Program-made: the position numbers and the translations under genes
IMG/VR virus record: IMGVR_UViG_3300010938_000950
Coordinates: 62,001-126,000 of that record
Reading direction: 5' to 3' (one strand)
DNA: 64,000 nucleotides
Part shown: in pieces, positions 1-9,488 of the stretch
Layout of the letters: every line of letters begins with the position of its first letter
Position numbering within the stretch: position 1 is the stretch's first letter
Notes under the pieces: model-generated
Told to the model about the DNA's origin: nothing
Databases searched by the model: none
What the model saw: the letters and a program-made list of their open reading frames with translations, nothing else

Positions 1-365
1 CTTGCGATATCGTATTCACGATGACACACGCCGAATGTTTTTGGATGCCGGGCTTAGAGGGGTTTGCTGCTAATAAAATTGTGATTGCCCCTAGATATGG
101 CGGCCAATTAGATTATATGAATGATGATAACTCAATTCTTATAGATGGTAAAATTATTAGAGCTGATATGAGAATGCAATATTGGGAACCGTCACCATAT
201 GCAGAAGTTTTTGATCCTGATACAGATCAGGCGGCTGCTAAGCTTAAAGATGTAATTGCTAATTACGATGATTATTTGAAGAAGTTTTCTCCGGGTATGC
301 AAGAAATGGCTCATAAATTTACTTGGGAAAATGCTGCAAAACAAATTATAGGACTGTGCAAATGA
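1..365 (+). CDS. GT-B (GT4-like) glycosyltransferase, C-terminal part; 5' end outside window
   Basis: Frame is open upstream of the ATG at 21 (CDIVFT-MTHAECFWMPGLEG, matching the GT4 E-x7-E region) and ends FTWENAAKQI. Confidence 0.8.
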   Translation, partial: CDIVFTMTHAECFWMPGLEGFAANKIVIAPRYGGQLDYMNDDNSILIDGKIIRADMRMQYWEPSPYAEVFDPDTDQAAAKLKDVIANYDDYLKKFSPGMQEMAHKFTWENAAKQIIGLCK

Positions 366-1054
366 CAACTCTCAGTATTGTTATCCCGGTTTTTAACAAA
401 TGGAATTTTACCAAATCCTGTCTAAATGATCTTGCACAACTACCAAAAGATCATCAAATTATTGTTATTGATAATGCCAGTACTGATGGTACGAGCATCG
501 AACTTGATAAGCTGATCAAAGAATTATCATCTAAATATCCAGAGCGCGCAGAAATTGGCTATGTTGTGAATGATACGAATACTTTCCATTCCAAAGCGTG
601 TAATCAAGGTGCCCAATTAGCACAAGGCGATTATATTTTGTTTTTGAACAATGATATCAGAGTTCGAAGTAATCATGCTAATTGGACAAAAACTATTATT
701 GATGCTTGCGAATCTACCAATGGTCTTGTCGGTCCTACCATGGGTCTTTTAGACAAAAACCTTAATTTTGTTAAAGAGGCAAACGAACAATTAACTGGTA
801 ATTCTTATTTGGGCGGCTGGTGTATTGCTGCCAAAAAAGATGTATGGCATAAGGTTGGGTTTTGGAATGAAGAATTCCCATTTTACTTTAACGATACCGA
901 TCTAAGTTTTCGTGCCCGCCAGAAACAGATTCCAATTACTGTTGTACATTTACCAGATATCACGCATTTTGGTAAAATCTCAGCACAACAGATTAACATT
1001 CCGAAATTGTACCAAGAAGGACGAAACGTCTTTCTTAAGAAATGGAGTAAATGA
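362..1054 (+). CDS. GT2 family glycosyltransferase
   Basis: LSIVIPVFN, IDNASTDGT, LFLNND, YFNDTDLSFR; start moved to ATG 362 (ATGA overlap). Confidence 0.9.
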   Translation: MTTLSIVIPVFNKWNFTKSCLNDLAQLPKDHQIIVIDNASTDGTSIELDKLIKELSSKYPERAEIGYVVNDTNTFHSKACNQGAQLAQGDYILFLNNDIRVRSNHANWTKTIIDACESTNGLVGPTMGLLDKNLNFVKEANEQLTGNSYLGGWCIAAKKDVWHKVGFWNEEFPFYFNDTDLSFRARQKQIPITVVHLPDITHFGKISAQQINIPKLYQEGRNVFLKKWSK

Positions 1055-1056
1055 TC

Positions 1057-1896
1057 ATGCCGGAAGGCCCTGAAGTTAAGTTAAGTGCCGATTTAATCAG
1101 ACCATTAGTAATTAATAGATCCATTATTAGTTTGGGAGTTACTGACAATAGTAGATACGCCAATTCTCCACCCGAAGGAATGAAGGCTTTTATAGATGCT
1201 ATTAGCTCTTCACCTAGCCCAACAACTGTTACTGAAGTGGAAGTTAGGGGCAAGTTTATGTACTGGGCCTTTAGTAATGGTTGGTATTTAATGAATTCTT
1301 TTGGTATGAGCGGGCAATGGTCTCCTAAAGAAGGAAAGCATCCTTGTTTCTTTTTAACCTTTGCCACACAACACGGACATGAGGACCAAATATATTTTAA
1401 TGACCCGCGTCATTTCGGAACAATAAAGTTTACAAATTCTGAAAAAGAACTCAACAAAAAACTTGATGAATTAGGTTGGGATCCGTTATCGATGCCACTT
1501 GACAAAAGTTTGCGGTGGCTTACATTTCAACTTTCCAAATCTAAAAAACCTATTGCAGAAGTTTTAATGGATCAATCACTTTTTTCTGGCGTAGGAAACT
1601 ATATCAGGGCCGAAGCGTTATATGCATGTAAGCTTTCTCCATGGAAAATTGCGAATCAGCTTTCCAAGGATCAAGTTGAATCGTTATGCATCGCTATTGT
1701 TGATGTGATGCAAGAATCATATCAACATCAGGGCGCCACCATTCATACTTATAAAACAGTGTATGGTGAAGAGGGGAATTACTCAACTAAGTTTAAAGTA
1801 TATGGCCAAAAACAAGATCCTTTAGGTCATAAAATTGTGAAACAGCAGACAGCAGATAAGCGAACGATTCACTGGTGTCCTGATATTCAATTATAA
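1057..1896 (+). CDS. Fpg/Nei-family DNA glycosylase/AP lyase
   Basis: N-terminal (M)PEGPEV, RGKF, FGMSG, FNDPRHFG, H2TH LMDQ..FSGVGNYIRAE; start set at 1057 so Pro is N-terminal, GGAG upstream. Confidence 0.92.
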   Translation: MPEGPEVKLSADLIRPLVINRSIISLGVTDNSRYANSPPEGMKAFIDAISSSPSPTTVTEVEVRGKFMYWAFSNGWYLMNSFGMSGQWSPKEGKHPCFFLTFATQHGHEDQIYFNDPRHFGTIKFTNSEKELNKKLDELGWDPLSMPLDKSLRWLTFQLSKSKKPIAEVLMDQSLFSGVGNYIRAEALYACKLSPWKIANQLSKDQVESLCIAIVDVMQESYQHQGATIHTYKTVYGEEGNYSTKFKVYGQKQDPLGHKIVKQQTADKRTIHWCPDIQL

Positions 1897-1905
1897 GGTG
1901 TTATT

Positions 1906-2898
1906 ATGTCTCCTACTTTGGTAAAAATTCTCGTTGCTGTTGGTGCTGTACTTACTCTCGGCACCTTAATTTTTATTATCTATAGTGTGCAACAAATCAA
2001 AGCACAACAAACCGCTATTCAATCTCAGCTTGTTGAACAAAAACAACTGGTGGACGGAATTATGCGCAGTCAAAGTCAGTTTGCTAGTAAAGATGATATT
2101 GAGAAATTTGCTAAAGACAACAATGTCAATTTAAAGGCGATTCAGGATGATTTGGATAAGCTGAATGCCCAAGTTACTTCAATTAATGTTATAATTGCAT
2201 CCAGTAAACCACAACATAGTACTAACATTCCAAGTACTCCTCCCGGTCCTAATAATCCAACTAACCCAAATCCAGTGGATCCTAAAAATCCAGACCCATT
2301 CGGTTACATGAAAGAGCAACAGAACTTGGCCTTGAATGAGGATTTCGGTTCCGTAAAAGTACCATTCGGTAAGGTTGGATTTTCAGCCTGGAAGGAAAAG
2401 CCATGGTCAATTGATATAAATCAAAGAGATTATAATCTAAGTACTGTTGTTGGAACTGATGAAAATCAAAGACAATATTTCTATAATAAATTTAGTGTAA
2501 CCACTGGCGGCAAGACCTATGATGTTCCAATCAAAACAGCTACTACTAAACAAGAATATCCAAGCCCAAAATTTAGCTGGTGGAATCCGCGCTTATTGAT
2601 GGGTTTGGATGGTGGTCTTAATATCACTCATATGCAAGGAGAGTTTACTCCAAGCGTAAATGTTGGTGTTATGTCCTATGGACAGTATAAGACAACCCCG
2701 GATCTCTCTATCCTAGAAGTAGGTGTAGGTTATGGTACGATTAATAAAACTGGTCAAATAATTGTTACACCAGTGGCTTATAACATAGGTAAAAATTGGT
2801 TTTCACCATTAATGAATAATACATACGTTGGCCCAAGCCTTCAAGTTGCGACTGATGGTTCTATTGGGGCAGGCGTTGGCGTAAGGGTAGGTTTCTAA
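1906..2898 (+). CDS. Membrane-anchored protein: N-terminal TM, coiled coil, Pro/Asn linker, beta-rich C-terminus ending in Phe
   Basis: ILVAVGAVLTLGTLIFIIY TM; Q/K heptads; C-terminal GAGVGVRVGF. Confidence 0.6.
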   Translation: MSPTLVKILVAVGAVLTLGTLIFIIYSVQQIKAQQTAIQSQLVEQKQLVDGIMRSQSQFASKDDIEKFAKDNNVNLKAIQDDLDKLNAQVTSINVIIASSKPQHSTNIPSTPPGPNNPTNPNPVDPKNPDPFGYMKEQQNLALNEDFGSVKVPFGKVGFSAWKEKPWSIDINQRDYNLSTVVGTDENQRQYFYNKFSVTTGGKTYDVPIKTATTKQEYPSPKFSWWNPRLLMGLDGGLNITHMQGEFTPSVNVGVMSYGQYKTTPDLSILEVGVGYGTINKTGQIIVTPVAYNIGKNWFSPLMNNTYVGPSLQVATDGSIGAGVGVRVGF

Positions 2899-3737
2899 TG
2901 CTACATATTCTCACTTTAACATGGAACGCGGCTGATAAAATTACTAAACTGCATGAGACACTCATGCCGGCTTTGGAAGGCATTGATTTTCAATGGTGGA
3001 TCAAAGACAATGCATCTAAGGATGACACGGTAGCTCGTGCTAACACTTGGGGTGATAAAGTTCATTGCATTGCTTACAAAGACAATCGACAAAATTTTTC
3101 AGAAGGTTGTAATTTTCTTTTCAACGAAGCAAAGCCAAGTGATAGTGATTATGTAATGTTGCTTAACAATGATATTATCTTTAATGATAAAGACTCTATC
3201 AAGAAGATGATTTCTATTATCGAAAAAGATAATTCAGTGGGTATGGTTGGTGCAAGACTATTATACACTGATACTGATTTACTACAGCATGCTGGTGTTG
3301 TTTTTAACCCAACTTATAAGACCCCAATGCATTTCCGTGCGGGCCAAAAGACTGATGCTGATGCTGAACGTGATCGTGAATTTCAGGTAGTCACCGGGGC
3401 AGTCTGCCTTACCAAAGGTGAATATTATCGTAATGCAAATCCAAAAACTAAGTCTGGTATAGCTGGAATGGATGAAAGCTATCATTGGGCATTTGATGAT
3501 GTAGATTTGTGTCTATCCATTAAATACAATCTGAATAAGAAGATTGTCTATTGTGGTGGTACCAATATCTTCCATGAAGAAAGTGCTTCTCTCAAAAAGA
3601 ATCAAGTTAATAAACTATTCTTGCCTCATAATTTGCAATATCTTTTCAAAAAGTGGCAAGATCGTTATGTTATTGATCAAGAAGCTTATACCAAAGATTC
3701 TAGACTCAATTTGTATCGAGGACCAAATGTCGGTTGA
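2898..3737 (+). CDS. GT2 family glycosyltransferase
   Basis: DNASKD, NFSEGCN, LLNND, VGARLLY..LQHAG, VTGAVCL, FDDVDLCL. Confidence 0.9.
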   Translation: MLHILTLTWNAADKITKLHETLMPALEGIDFQWWIKDNASKDDTVARANTWGDKVHCIAYKDNRQNFSEGCNFLFNEAKPSDSDYVMLLNNDIIFNDKDSIKKMISIIEKDNSVGMVGARLLYTDTDLLQHAGVVFNPTYKTPMHFRAGQKTDADAERDREFQVVTGAVCLTKGEYYRNANPKTKSGIAGMDESYHWAFDDVDLCLSIKYNLNKKIVYCGGTNIFHEESASLKKNQVNKLFLPHNLQYLFKKWQDRYVIDQEAYTKDSRLNLYRGPNVG

Positions 3738-3984
3738 AGGGGGATATTACAAACACTTCAAAGGTAATATCTACCAAGTTATTGGTGTTGGTAAACATTC
3801 TGAAACTGGTGAAGAGTTAGTTATATACAGAGCATTATATGATAGCCCTCATGGATATGGTGCTATTTGGGTTAGGCCAGTTCCAATGTTTCTAGAGACG
3901 ATTGAGAGGGATGGAAAAATAATGCAACGTTTCGCGCCAATCTCTGATCAAGAAGCAATTGATGAGTTACACGAGAAGGTATAA
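3727..3984 (+). CDS. DUF1653-family protein
   Basis: GYYKHFKGNIYQV..HSETGEELVIYRALY..WVRP..MF; start moved to ATG 3727. Confidence 0.85.
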   Translation: MSVEGGYYKHFKGNIYQVIGVGKHSETGEELVIYRALYDSPHGYGAIWVRPVPMFLETIERDGKIMQRFAPISDQEAIDELHEKV

Positions 3985-4956
3985 ATGAAGAAAGTTCTTG
4001 TTACTGGCACATGTGGTTTTATCTTTGGTAATTTTATTCGTAAGGCTATTTATGACCAGAACCAGAAGAGGCCGCAGGATAGGGAGTATGCGTTCTCAAG
4101 TATAGACCGCGTCAGCTATCCAGGCAACTCTATGTACTGGAATAAGAACCACACCTTCTATCCGGCTGATATCCGCGATCAACATATCATAGATACGATT
4201 TTCCAATTTGAGAAGCCAGACGTAGTTATACACGGCGCAGCAGAAACTTTCGTAGATACTTCTTTGAAAGATCCAAATGCCTTCGTTACTTCCAACGTTC
4301 TGGGTACACAAGTTATCATTAATGCCTGTCTCAAACATAAAGTAGAAAGAATGATTTACATCTCTACAGATGAGGTGTATGGTCATTTAACTAGCGAATC
4401 TGACGCGCCTTGGAAAGAGGATGCCCTTTTGAATCCTAGAAATCCATATTCGGCCTCCAAAGCTGCTGGAGAACTGATGGTTAAAGCCGCTCACCAGACT
4501 CATGGATTAATTTATAACATTACTAGAAGCTCCAATTGCTATGGACCCCGCCAGTACGCAGAAAAGCTGGTACCGAAGGCAATAAAGTGTATCCTGCAAG
4601 ACCAGAAAATACCAATCTATGGTCAGGGCCTTCAAATTAGGGACTGGACTTATGTGGCTGACAATTGTACTGCCATAATGACGGTGTTAGATCGCGGTAA
4701 GCCTAATGAGGTGTACAACATTTCAGCAAATCAAGAGTTTACTAATATTGAAACTATTAATCTAGTCTGTAATGCTATGGGCAAAGGACATGATTTAATT
4801 TCTTTTATTCCCGATCCAAGAACTGGGCACGATTTTAGATACGCTATTGATACGACTAAAATTCGTGAACTCGGCTGGAAGCCTACATATAAGTTCAAAG
4901 ATGGTATCAGAGATACAGTACAGTGGTATCTAGATAATCAATGGTTTTTGAAGTGA
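3985..4956 (+). CDS. rmlB: dTDP-glucose 4,6-dehydratase
   Basis: VTGTCGFIF, HGAAETFVD, STDEVYG, PYSASKA, YGQGLQIRDW, GHDFRYAID. Confidence 0.9.
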   Translation: MKKVLVTGTCGFIFGNFIRKAIYDQNQKRPQDREYAFSSIDRVSYPGNSMYWNKNHTFYPADIRDQHIIDTIFQFEKPDVVIHGAAETFVDTSLKDPNAFVTSNVLGTQVIINACLKHKVERMIYISTDEVYGHLTSESDAPWKEDALLNPRNPYSASKAAGELMVKAAHQTHGLIYNITRSSNCYGPRQYAEKLVPKAIKCILQDQKIPIYGQGLQIRDWTYVADNCTAIMTVLDRGKPNEVYNISANQEFTNIETINLVCNAMGKGHDLISFIPDPRTGHDFRYAIDTTKIRELGWKPTYKFKDGIRDTVQWYLDNQWFLK

Positions 4957-4996
4957 TATAGTAAGGCGAGGAGCATACAACTTTAAAGGATAAATA

Positions 4997-6355
4997 ATGT
5001 CAGCGACATCTAAAACAGAGACAAACGAAAAAGAAGAAATGGTAGACGATATTTCTAAAGAAAAAGTTGAATCAGAAAATGCGGTTGATGCGTCAAAGCT
5101 TGCTGCATTAAAAGCAAAGAGCCAGGCCAAACAAGAGGAGAGTAAGATGGCGGCAAAAATTGTATCAAAGAAGGATAGAAGCATTGTATTGGGTGTACTG
5201 GGGTCTGGTCAAGCCGGCTCTAGAATTGCCGAAGCTTTTTATAAGTTAGGTTATGATGCTGTTGCAGTAAACACTGCCATTCAAGATTTAAAATTTATTG
5301 ATATTCCTGACTCCAACAAGTTGTTGCTTGAGTATGGTCTTGGCGGAGCTGCTAAAGAGATTGAAATTGGTCGTACCGCTGCCGAAATGCACCGCGGTGA
5401 AATTCTACAACTCATCAATGAAAAATTACAGAACTCTCAAGTGAATGTTCTATGTTTGAGTTTGGGTGGTGGTTCTGGTGCAGGCTCCTGTGAAACGTTA
5501 GTTGATATCATGGCCAACTTAGGTAAACCATTAGTTGTTATCACAGTTCTTCCAATGGATACTGAAGATGCCCAAACTAAAACCAATGCACTAGAAACTC
5601 TTTCCAAGTTAGCCAAACTAACTCAGAACAAAAAGGTTAATAATCTAATTGTGGTTGATAATGCTAAGATTGAAGCTATCTATCATAATGTAAGTCAGGT
5701 TGACTTCTATGGCACTGCTAACAAAGCTATTGTTGAGCCAATTGATATTTTCAATACACTTTCTTCAATGCCATCTTCTGTAAAAGGTCTAGATCCAATG
5801 GAGTGGGGTAAACTTTTCACTGATGGTGAAGGTCTTACTGTTTATGGTGAACTAACTGTAGATAATTTTGCTGAGGATACAGCTATTGCAGAAGCAGTTG
5901 TTAATAATCTAAATGGTAATTTGTTAGCTGGTGGTTTTGATCTTAAGCAATCTAGATATGTTGGTGTTATTATTGCAGCCAACAAAGAAGTTTGGTCCAA
6001 AATTCCAAGCTCTAGTATTACCTATGCTATGGCAATGGTCAATGATCAATGTGGAACTCCAAAAGGTGTATTTAAGGGAATCTACACGGTAGAATCTCCA
6101 GATCCAGTAGTTAAAGTTTACTCAATGTTTACTGGTCTTGGCCTACCAGATAGCCGTGTTTCTCAGCTTAAAAAAGAAGCCCAAGAACATATGCAGACTG
6201 TCAAGGGCAAAGATGAACAGAGAAATCTTAACCTTCAGTTAGATACCGGAACTAATGAAACTGTCTCCGCTGCGCAGAAGGTTAAAGAAAAGATGGCACA
6301 GAAGGCTTCCGCATTCGGTAAGCTTGTAGGTGGTGTGGTTGATAGGAGAAAGTAA
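4997..6355 (+). CDS. Tubulin/FtsZ-superfamily GTPase (PhuZ/TubZ/CetZ-like)
   Basis: GSGQAGSRIA, AVNTA, SLGGGSGAG signature loop, VVDN. Confidence 0.9.
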   Translation: MSATSKTETNEKEEMVDDISKEKVESENAVDASKLAALKAKSQAKQEESKMAAKIVSKKDRSIVLGVLGSGQAGSRIAEAFYKLGYDAVAVNTAIQDLKFIDIPDSNKLLLEYGLGGAAKEIEIGRTAAEMHRGEILQLINEKLQNSQVNVLCLSLGGGSGAGSCETLVDIMANLGKPLVVITVLPMDTEDAQTKTNALETLSKLAKLTQNKKVNNLIVVDNAKIEAIYHNVSQVDFYGTANKAIVEPIDIFNTLSSMPSSVKGLDPMEWGKLFTDGEGLTVYGELTVDNFAEDTAIAEAVVNNLNGNLLAGGFDLKQSRYVGVIIAANKEVWSKIPSSSITYAMAMVNDQCGTPKGVFKGIYTVESPDPVVKVYSMFTGLGLPDSRVSQLKKEAQEHMQTVKGKDEQRNLNLQLDTGTNETVSAAQKVKEKMAQKASAFGKLVGGVVDRRK

Positions 6356-6657
6356 TGGAAACTGACATTCTAAAACACTTTATTGGCAAGAATGTAGAAG
6401 TCCTTGTTGGAGGTGTTTGGATTGAAGGTCACTTGCAACCAATTGCAAAAGGGGTAGTTACACTAGTTCCAACTGATGAAACTGCTCCTTTTTATGGGCC
6501 AACTGCTATGAAGGCCGATGTTATTCAGGCTATTAGGCAGGTTAAACGTTCAGGGCAGAGATTGTCAGAGCCAGTTCCAGAAATAAATCCACAACCAGTT
6601 GTTAGATCAAGTTTAGACCAAGTAACTCCTGGTCAACGTTTTAAGGGGAATCGATGA
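6355..6657 (+). CDS. Small protein, possible Sm/LSm-like fold
   Basis: LKHFIGKNVEV..G..IEGHL...VTL...IQAIR pattern. Confidence 0.4.
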   Translation: METDILKHFIGKNVEVLVGGVWIEGHLQPIAKGVVTLVPTDETAPFYGPTAMKADVIQAIRQVKRSGQRLSEPVPEINPQPVVRSSLDQVTPGQRFKGNR

Positions 6658-7022
6658 AAAGAACTAGAAGACTTACACGTAGGCAATTAAAAAATGCACA
6701 AGAACTTTTCTCTGAGTTATCAGATAAGCCAAAGAAGAGCCACAAGAAAACAAAACTTGTTCTTGCTTTGAGGAAGCATCTTACTGATACGGTAGAGCAG
6801 ACCACTCTTAGATCCACTAGAGTAGATCCTATTTTTAGTTTAGAGAATTACTTTGCCAAAAAGGCACAGAAAAGGCTAGAGAAACTTACTCATCGTGAGG
6901 AAAAGCGCCAGGCCAAGGCAGATAAAATTGCCGTCAGGGCCAAAGAAAAGGCGGCTAAGAGAGCAGCTCGTGAAGCTAAAGAAGCTAAGAGGACTGCCAG
7001 ACTAGCAAAAGAAAAAGTGTAA
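6654..7022 (+). CDS. Highly basic Lys/Arg/Ala-rich protein, putative nucleic-acid binder
   Basis: About 39 of 122 residues K/R; AKxK repeats in the C-terminal half. Confidence 0.6.
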   Translation: MKRTRRLTRRQLKNAQELFSELSDKPKKSHKKTKLVLALRKHLTDTVEQTTLRSTRVDPIFSLENYFAKKAQKRLEKLTHREEKRQAKADKIAVRAKEKAAKRAAREAKEAKRTARLAKEKV

Positions 7023-7031
7023 GGCGGTTGT

Positions 7032-7889
7032 ATGGCAGATTTGATTAAAGGGCTTGACGTATCTGTTTACCAGGGCGACAATATCAATTGGAAAGCTGTT
7101 GCAGCAGCAGGTTACAAATTTGTTATTTGTCGTTGTGGTGTGGGCAATACTGCTAAAGACAAAAACTATGAAAAGAATATTGCCGGAGCAAGAGCGGCTG
7201 GCTTAAAGGTTGCAGCTTACCATTTCATTTATCCGCTTCCTACTATCCCAAGTCAACCATTGCGAGACCCAAAGGCCCAAGCTAAATTACATGCTGATTG
7301 GGCAGGTAATGACATTCTAGCTTGCTGCGATCTAGAATGGCCAGAGCCAGAAAACTGGAAAAAATGGGGATGTACAGCTCAGCAAATCATTGATTGGACA
7401 GTTGTGTATCTGGAAGAGTATGAAAGGTTAACTGGAATTAGACCTCTTGTTTATACTTATCCTTACTTTGCTAAAGCAATTAATCTTCCACCATCATTTG
7501 CTCAGAAATGGAAATTATGGATTGCTAGTTATACAGCAAAACCAGCTATTCCCAAACCATGGACTGATTGGGTTATTTGGCAAGATTCTGGAGGTAAAAC
7601 CACTAATCTACCAGGTGGTGGGCCTGTAGACACTAATAAAGCTCGCGATCTATCTTGGTTTGAAGAATTTGAAAATCGTAATAAAATACCAGAACCACCG
7701 CCTCCGCCAGTTGTAGAGCCAGTACCAGAACCAGAACCTCTACCACCAGTTGTAGAGCCTTCTCCACCTCCGTCACCACCACCACCTCCGGTGCCTACTC
7801 CACCAAAACCAAGTACCACAAATTTTTTCGTAGCTTTCATTCAAGAAGTGATCGAAATTGTGAAAAAAGTGTTTCAATCTAGGAAGTAA
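7032..7889 (+). CDS. GH25 lysozyme/endolysin with Pro-rich linker and C-terminal amphipathic helix
   Basis: GLDVSVYQG, AYHF, DLE, LVYT, LWIASY, WVIWQ, VDTN. Confidence 0.9.
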   Translation: MADLIKGLDVSVYQGDNINWKAVAAAGYKFVICRCGVGNTAKDKNYEKNIAGARAAGLKVAAYHFIYPLPTIPSQPLRDPKAQAKLHADWAGNDILACCDLEWPEPENWKKWGCTAQQIIDWTVVYLEEYERLTGIRPLVYTYPYFAKAINLPPSFAQKWKLWIASYTAKPAIPKPWTDWVIWQDSGGKTTNLPGGGPVDTNKARDLSWFEEFENRNKIPEPPPPPVVEPVPEPEPLPPVVEPSPPPSPPPPPVPTPPKPSTTNFFVAFIQEVIEIVKKVFQSRK

Positions 7890-7961
7890 TCGCACCAAGA
7901 GCGCCACAATTAAGAAGTAAGATTTGTCGAGAAAAAGGTATCAGTTATATATGATATCTGC

Positions 7962-9488
7962 ATGGCGAAGATCGTAATCAAAGGCAACACCTCGCAAATT
8001 ATCGAAGAAGCGGATGTCGAACACATTCTTGCTCTTGATAAACATTTATCATTCTATGTGCAGGGTGCAGAACATACTGCCGCATTCAAGGGCTATCTTA
8101 ATCGTGATGGAGATTGGATTAAGTGGGATGGTTTCAAAAAACTTCTTACCCCTACTTTACAGTTTCCTAGCGGATTAGTAGAGCGTGTAAAAGACTTTTA
8201 TCAAGCCGCATCAAAACCTATTGAAATACTAGATAAACGCGCACCTAAAAGTCAGGGGCGGCCTAGAAATATTCTTGATAATTTACAAAAGATTGGCAAA
8301 CCGCCTTACCCATATCAAACGGAAATTCTCGATGTCATTGACAAATATGATCGAGGAATTATTAAAGTAGCTACAGGAGGCGGCAAGTCCCTCATCGCTG
8401 CGTTAATTACTGCAAAATTGGGCAAGAAAACTGTCATTTACGTAATTGGCAAAGATTTGCTTTATCAATTTCACGAATTTTTCTCACAGTGTTTTAACGA
8501 GCCTATTGGTATTATTGGAGATGGCCAATGTCAAATTCATGATATCAACATTGCTAGTATTTGGACTATTGGACAAGCTATCGGTATGAAGAAAAATGAA
8601 ATTCTTCTTGATTCTGATGATGATGAAAAACTAATTAATAAAGCCAAGTACGTAGATATTCTGAAGTTAATGAAAGAAACTAGGGTTTCAATTATTGATG
8701 AATGCCATATGTCAGCTTGTGAAACTATTCAACAGATTTTTAAACACTCTAATACAGAATATTTATATGGGCTTAGTGGGTCTCCCTGGCGTGATGATGG
8801 GGCCGATCTAATGATTGAGTCTATACTAGGAAAATACATTGTTAATATTCCGGCCTCTAGACTTATCAAAGAAGGATACTTAGCACAGGCAATTATTCGT
8901 TTCCGTGTTACACCGCCATATCCTTATGAGTTAGAAAAGAATTACCAATCTATCTACAAAAAATACGTTGTTGAAAATGAGGTACGTAATGGTTTAGTGT
9001 TAGAGGCGGCCAAAGCTCTAGTAAAAAAAGGTTATCAAACACTAGTTCTATTTAGCAGCATCAAACACGGCAAAATTCTATATGAGTTATTTAAAGAGCA
9101 CATGAACTGTGCCATATTAGATGGCTCAAATGATAAAGATGAGCGCGAGAAGGTCAAGAAAGACCTAATGAATCATAAAATTGATTGTGTTCTTGCATCA
9201 CGTATTTTTGATATAGGCGTAGACATTCCAAGTTTATCTGGCCTAGTTATTGCATGTGGCGGCAAATCTACTGTCAAGGCTTTGCAGAGAGTCGGCCGAG
9301 TTATTCGTAAGTACCCTGGCAAAAAATTTGCTGTGGTAATTGATTTTGCAGATCAGGTGACATTTTTGGATAACCATTCTCGTATTAGACATAGTATCTA
9401 TTCTTCAGAAGATGGATTTGACGTATCGTGGCCGGCGGAAGTAAAGCAAACAAGGAAGAGGAAAAAGAAAAATGAGCAAGAAGAATGA
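7962..9488 (+). CDS. Superfamily 2 helicase (UvsW/Rad25-like)
   Basis: ATGGGKS, IIDECH, GLSGSP, GVDIP, QRVGRVIR. Confidence 0.9.
   Translation: MAKIVIKGNTSQIIEEADVEHILALDKHLSFYVQGAEHTAAFKGYLNRDGDWIKWDGFKKLLTPTLQFPSGLVERVKDFYQAASKPIEILDKRAPKSQGRPRNILDNLQKIGKPPYPYQTEILDVIDKYDRGIIKVATGGGKSLIAALITAKLGKKTVIYVIGKDLLYQFHEFFSQCFNEPIGIIGDGQCQIHDINIASIWTIGQAIGMKKNEILLDSDDDEKLINKAKYVDILKLMKETRVSIIDECHMSACETIQQIFKHSNTEYLYGLSGSPWRDDGADLMIESILGKYIVNIPASRLIKEGYLAQAIIRFRVTPPYPYELEKNYQSIYKKYVVENEVRNGLVLEAAKALVKKGYQTLVLFSSIKHGKILYELFKEHMNCAILDGSNDKDEREKVKKDLMNHKIDCVLASRIFDIGVDIPSLSGLVIACGGKSTVKALQRVGRVIRKYPGKKFAVVIDFADQVTFLDNHSRIRHSIYSSEDGFDVSWPAEVKQTRKRKKKNEQEE

Noticed and set aside
4997-6355. Calling the GTPase ftsZ or claiming a phage nucleus
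   Set aside because: Lacks the FtsZ GGGTGTG and NxDFAD motifs and dcw context; no shell protein identifiable in this window
7529-7840. Gly-rich minus-strand ORF
   Set aside because: Antisense of the poly-Pro linker of the GH25 gene
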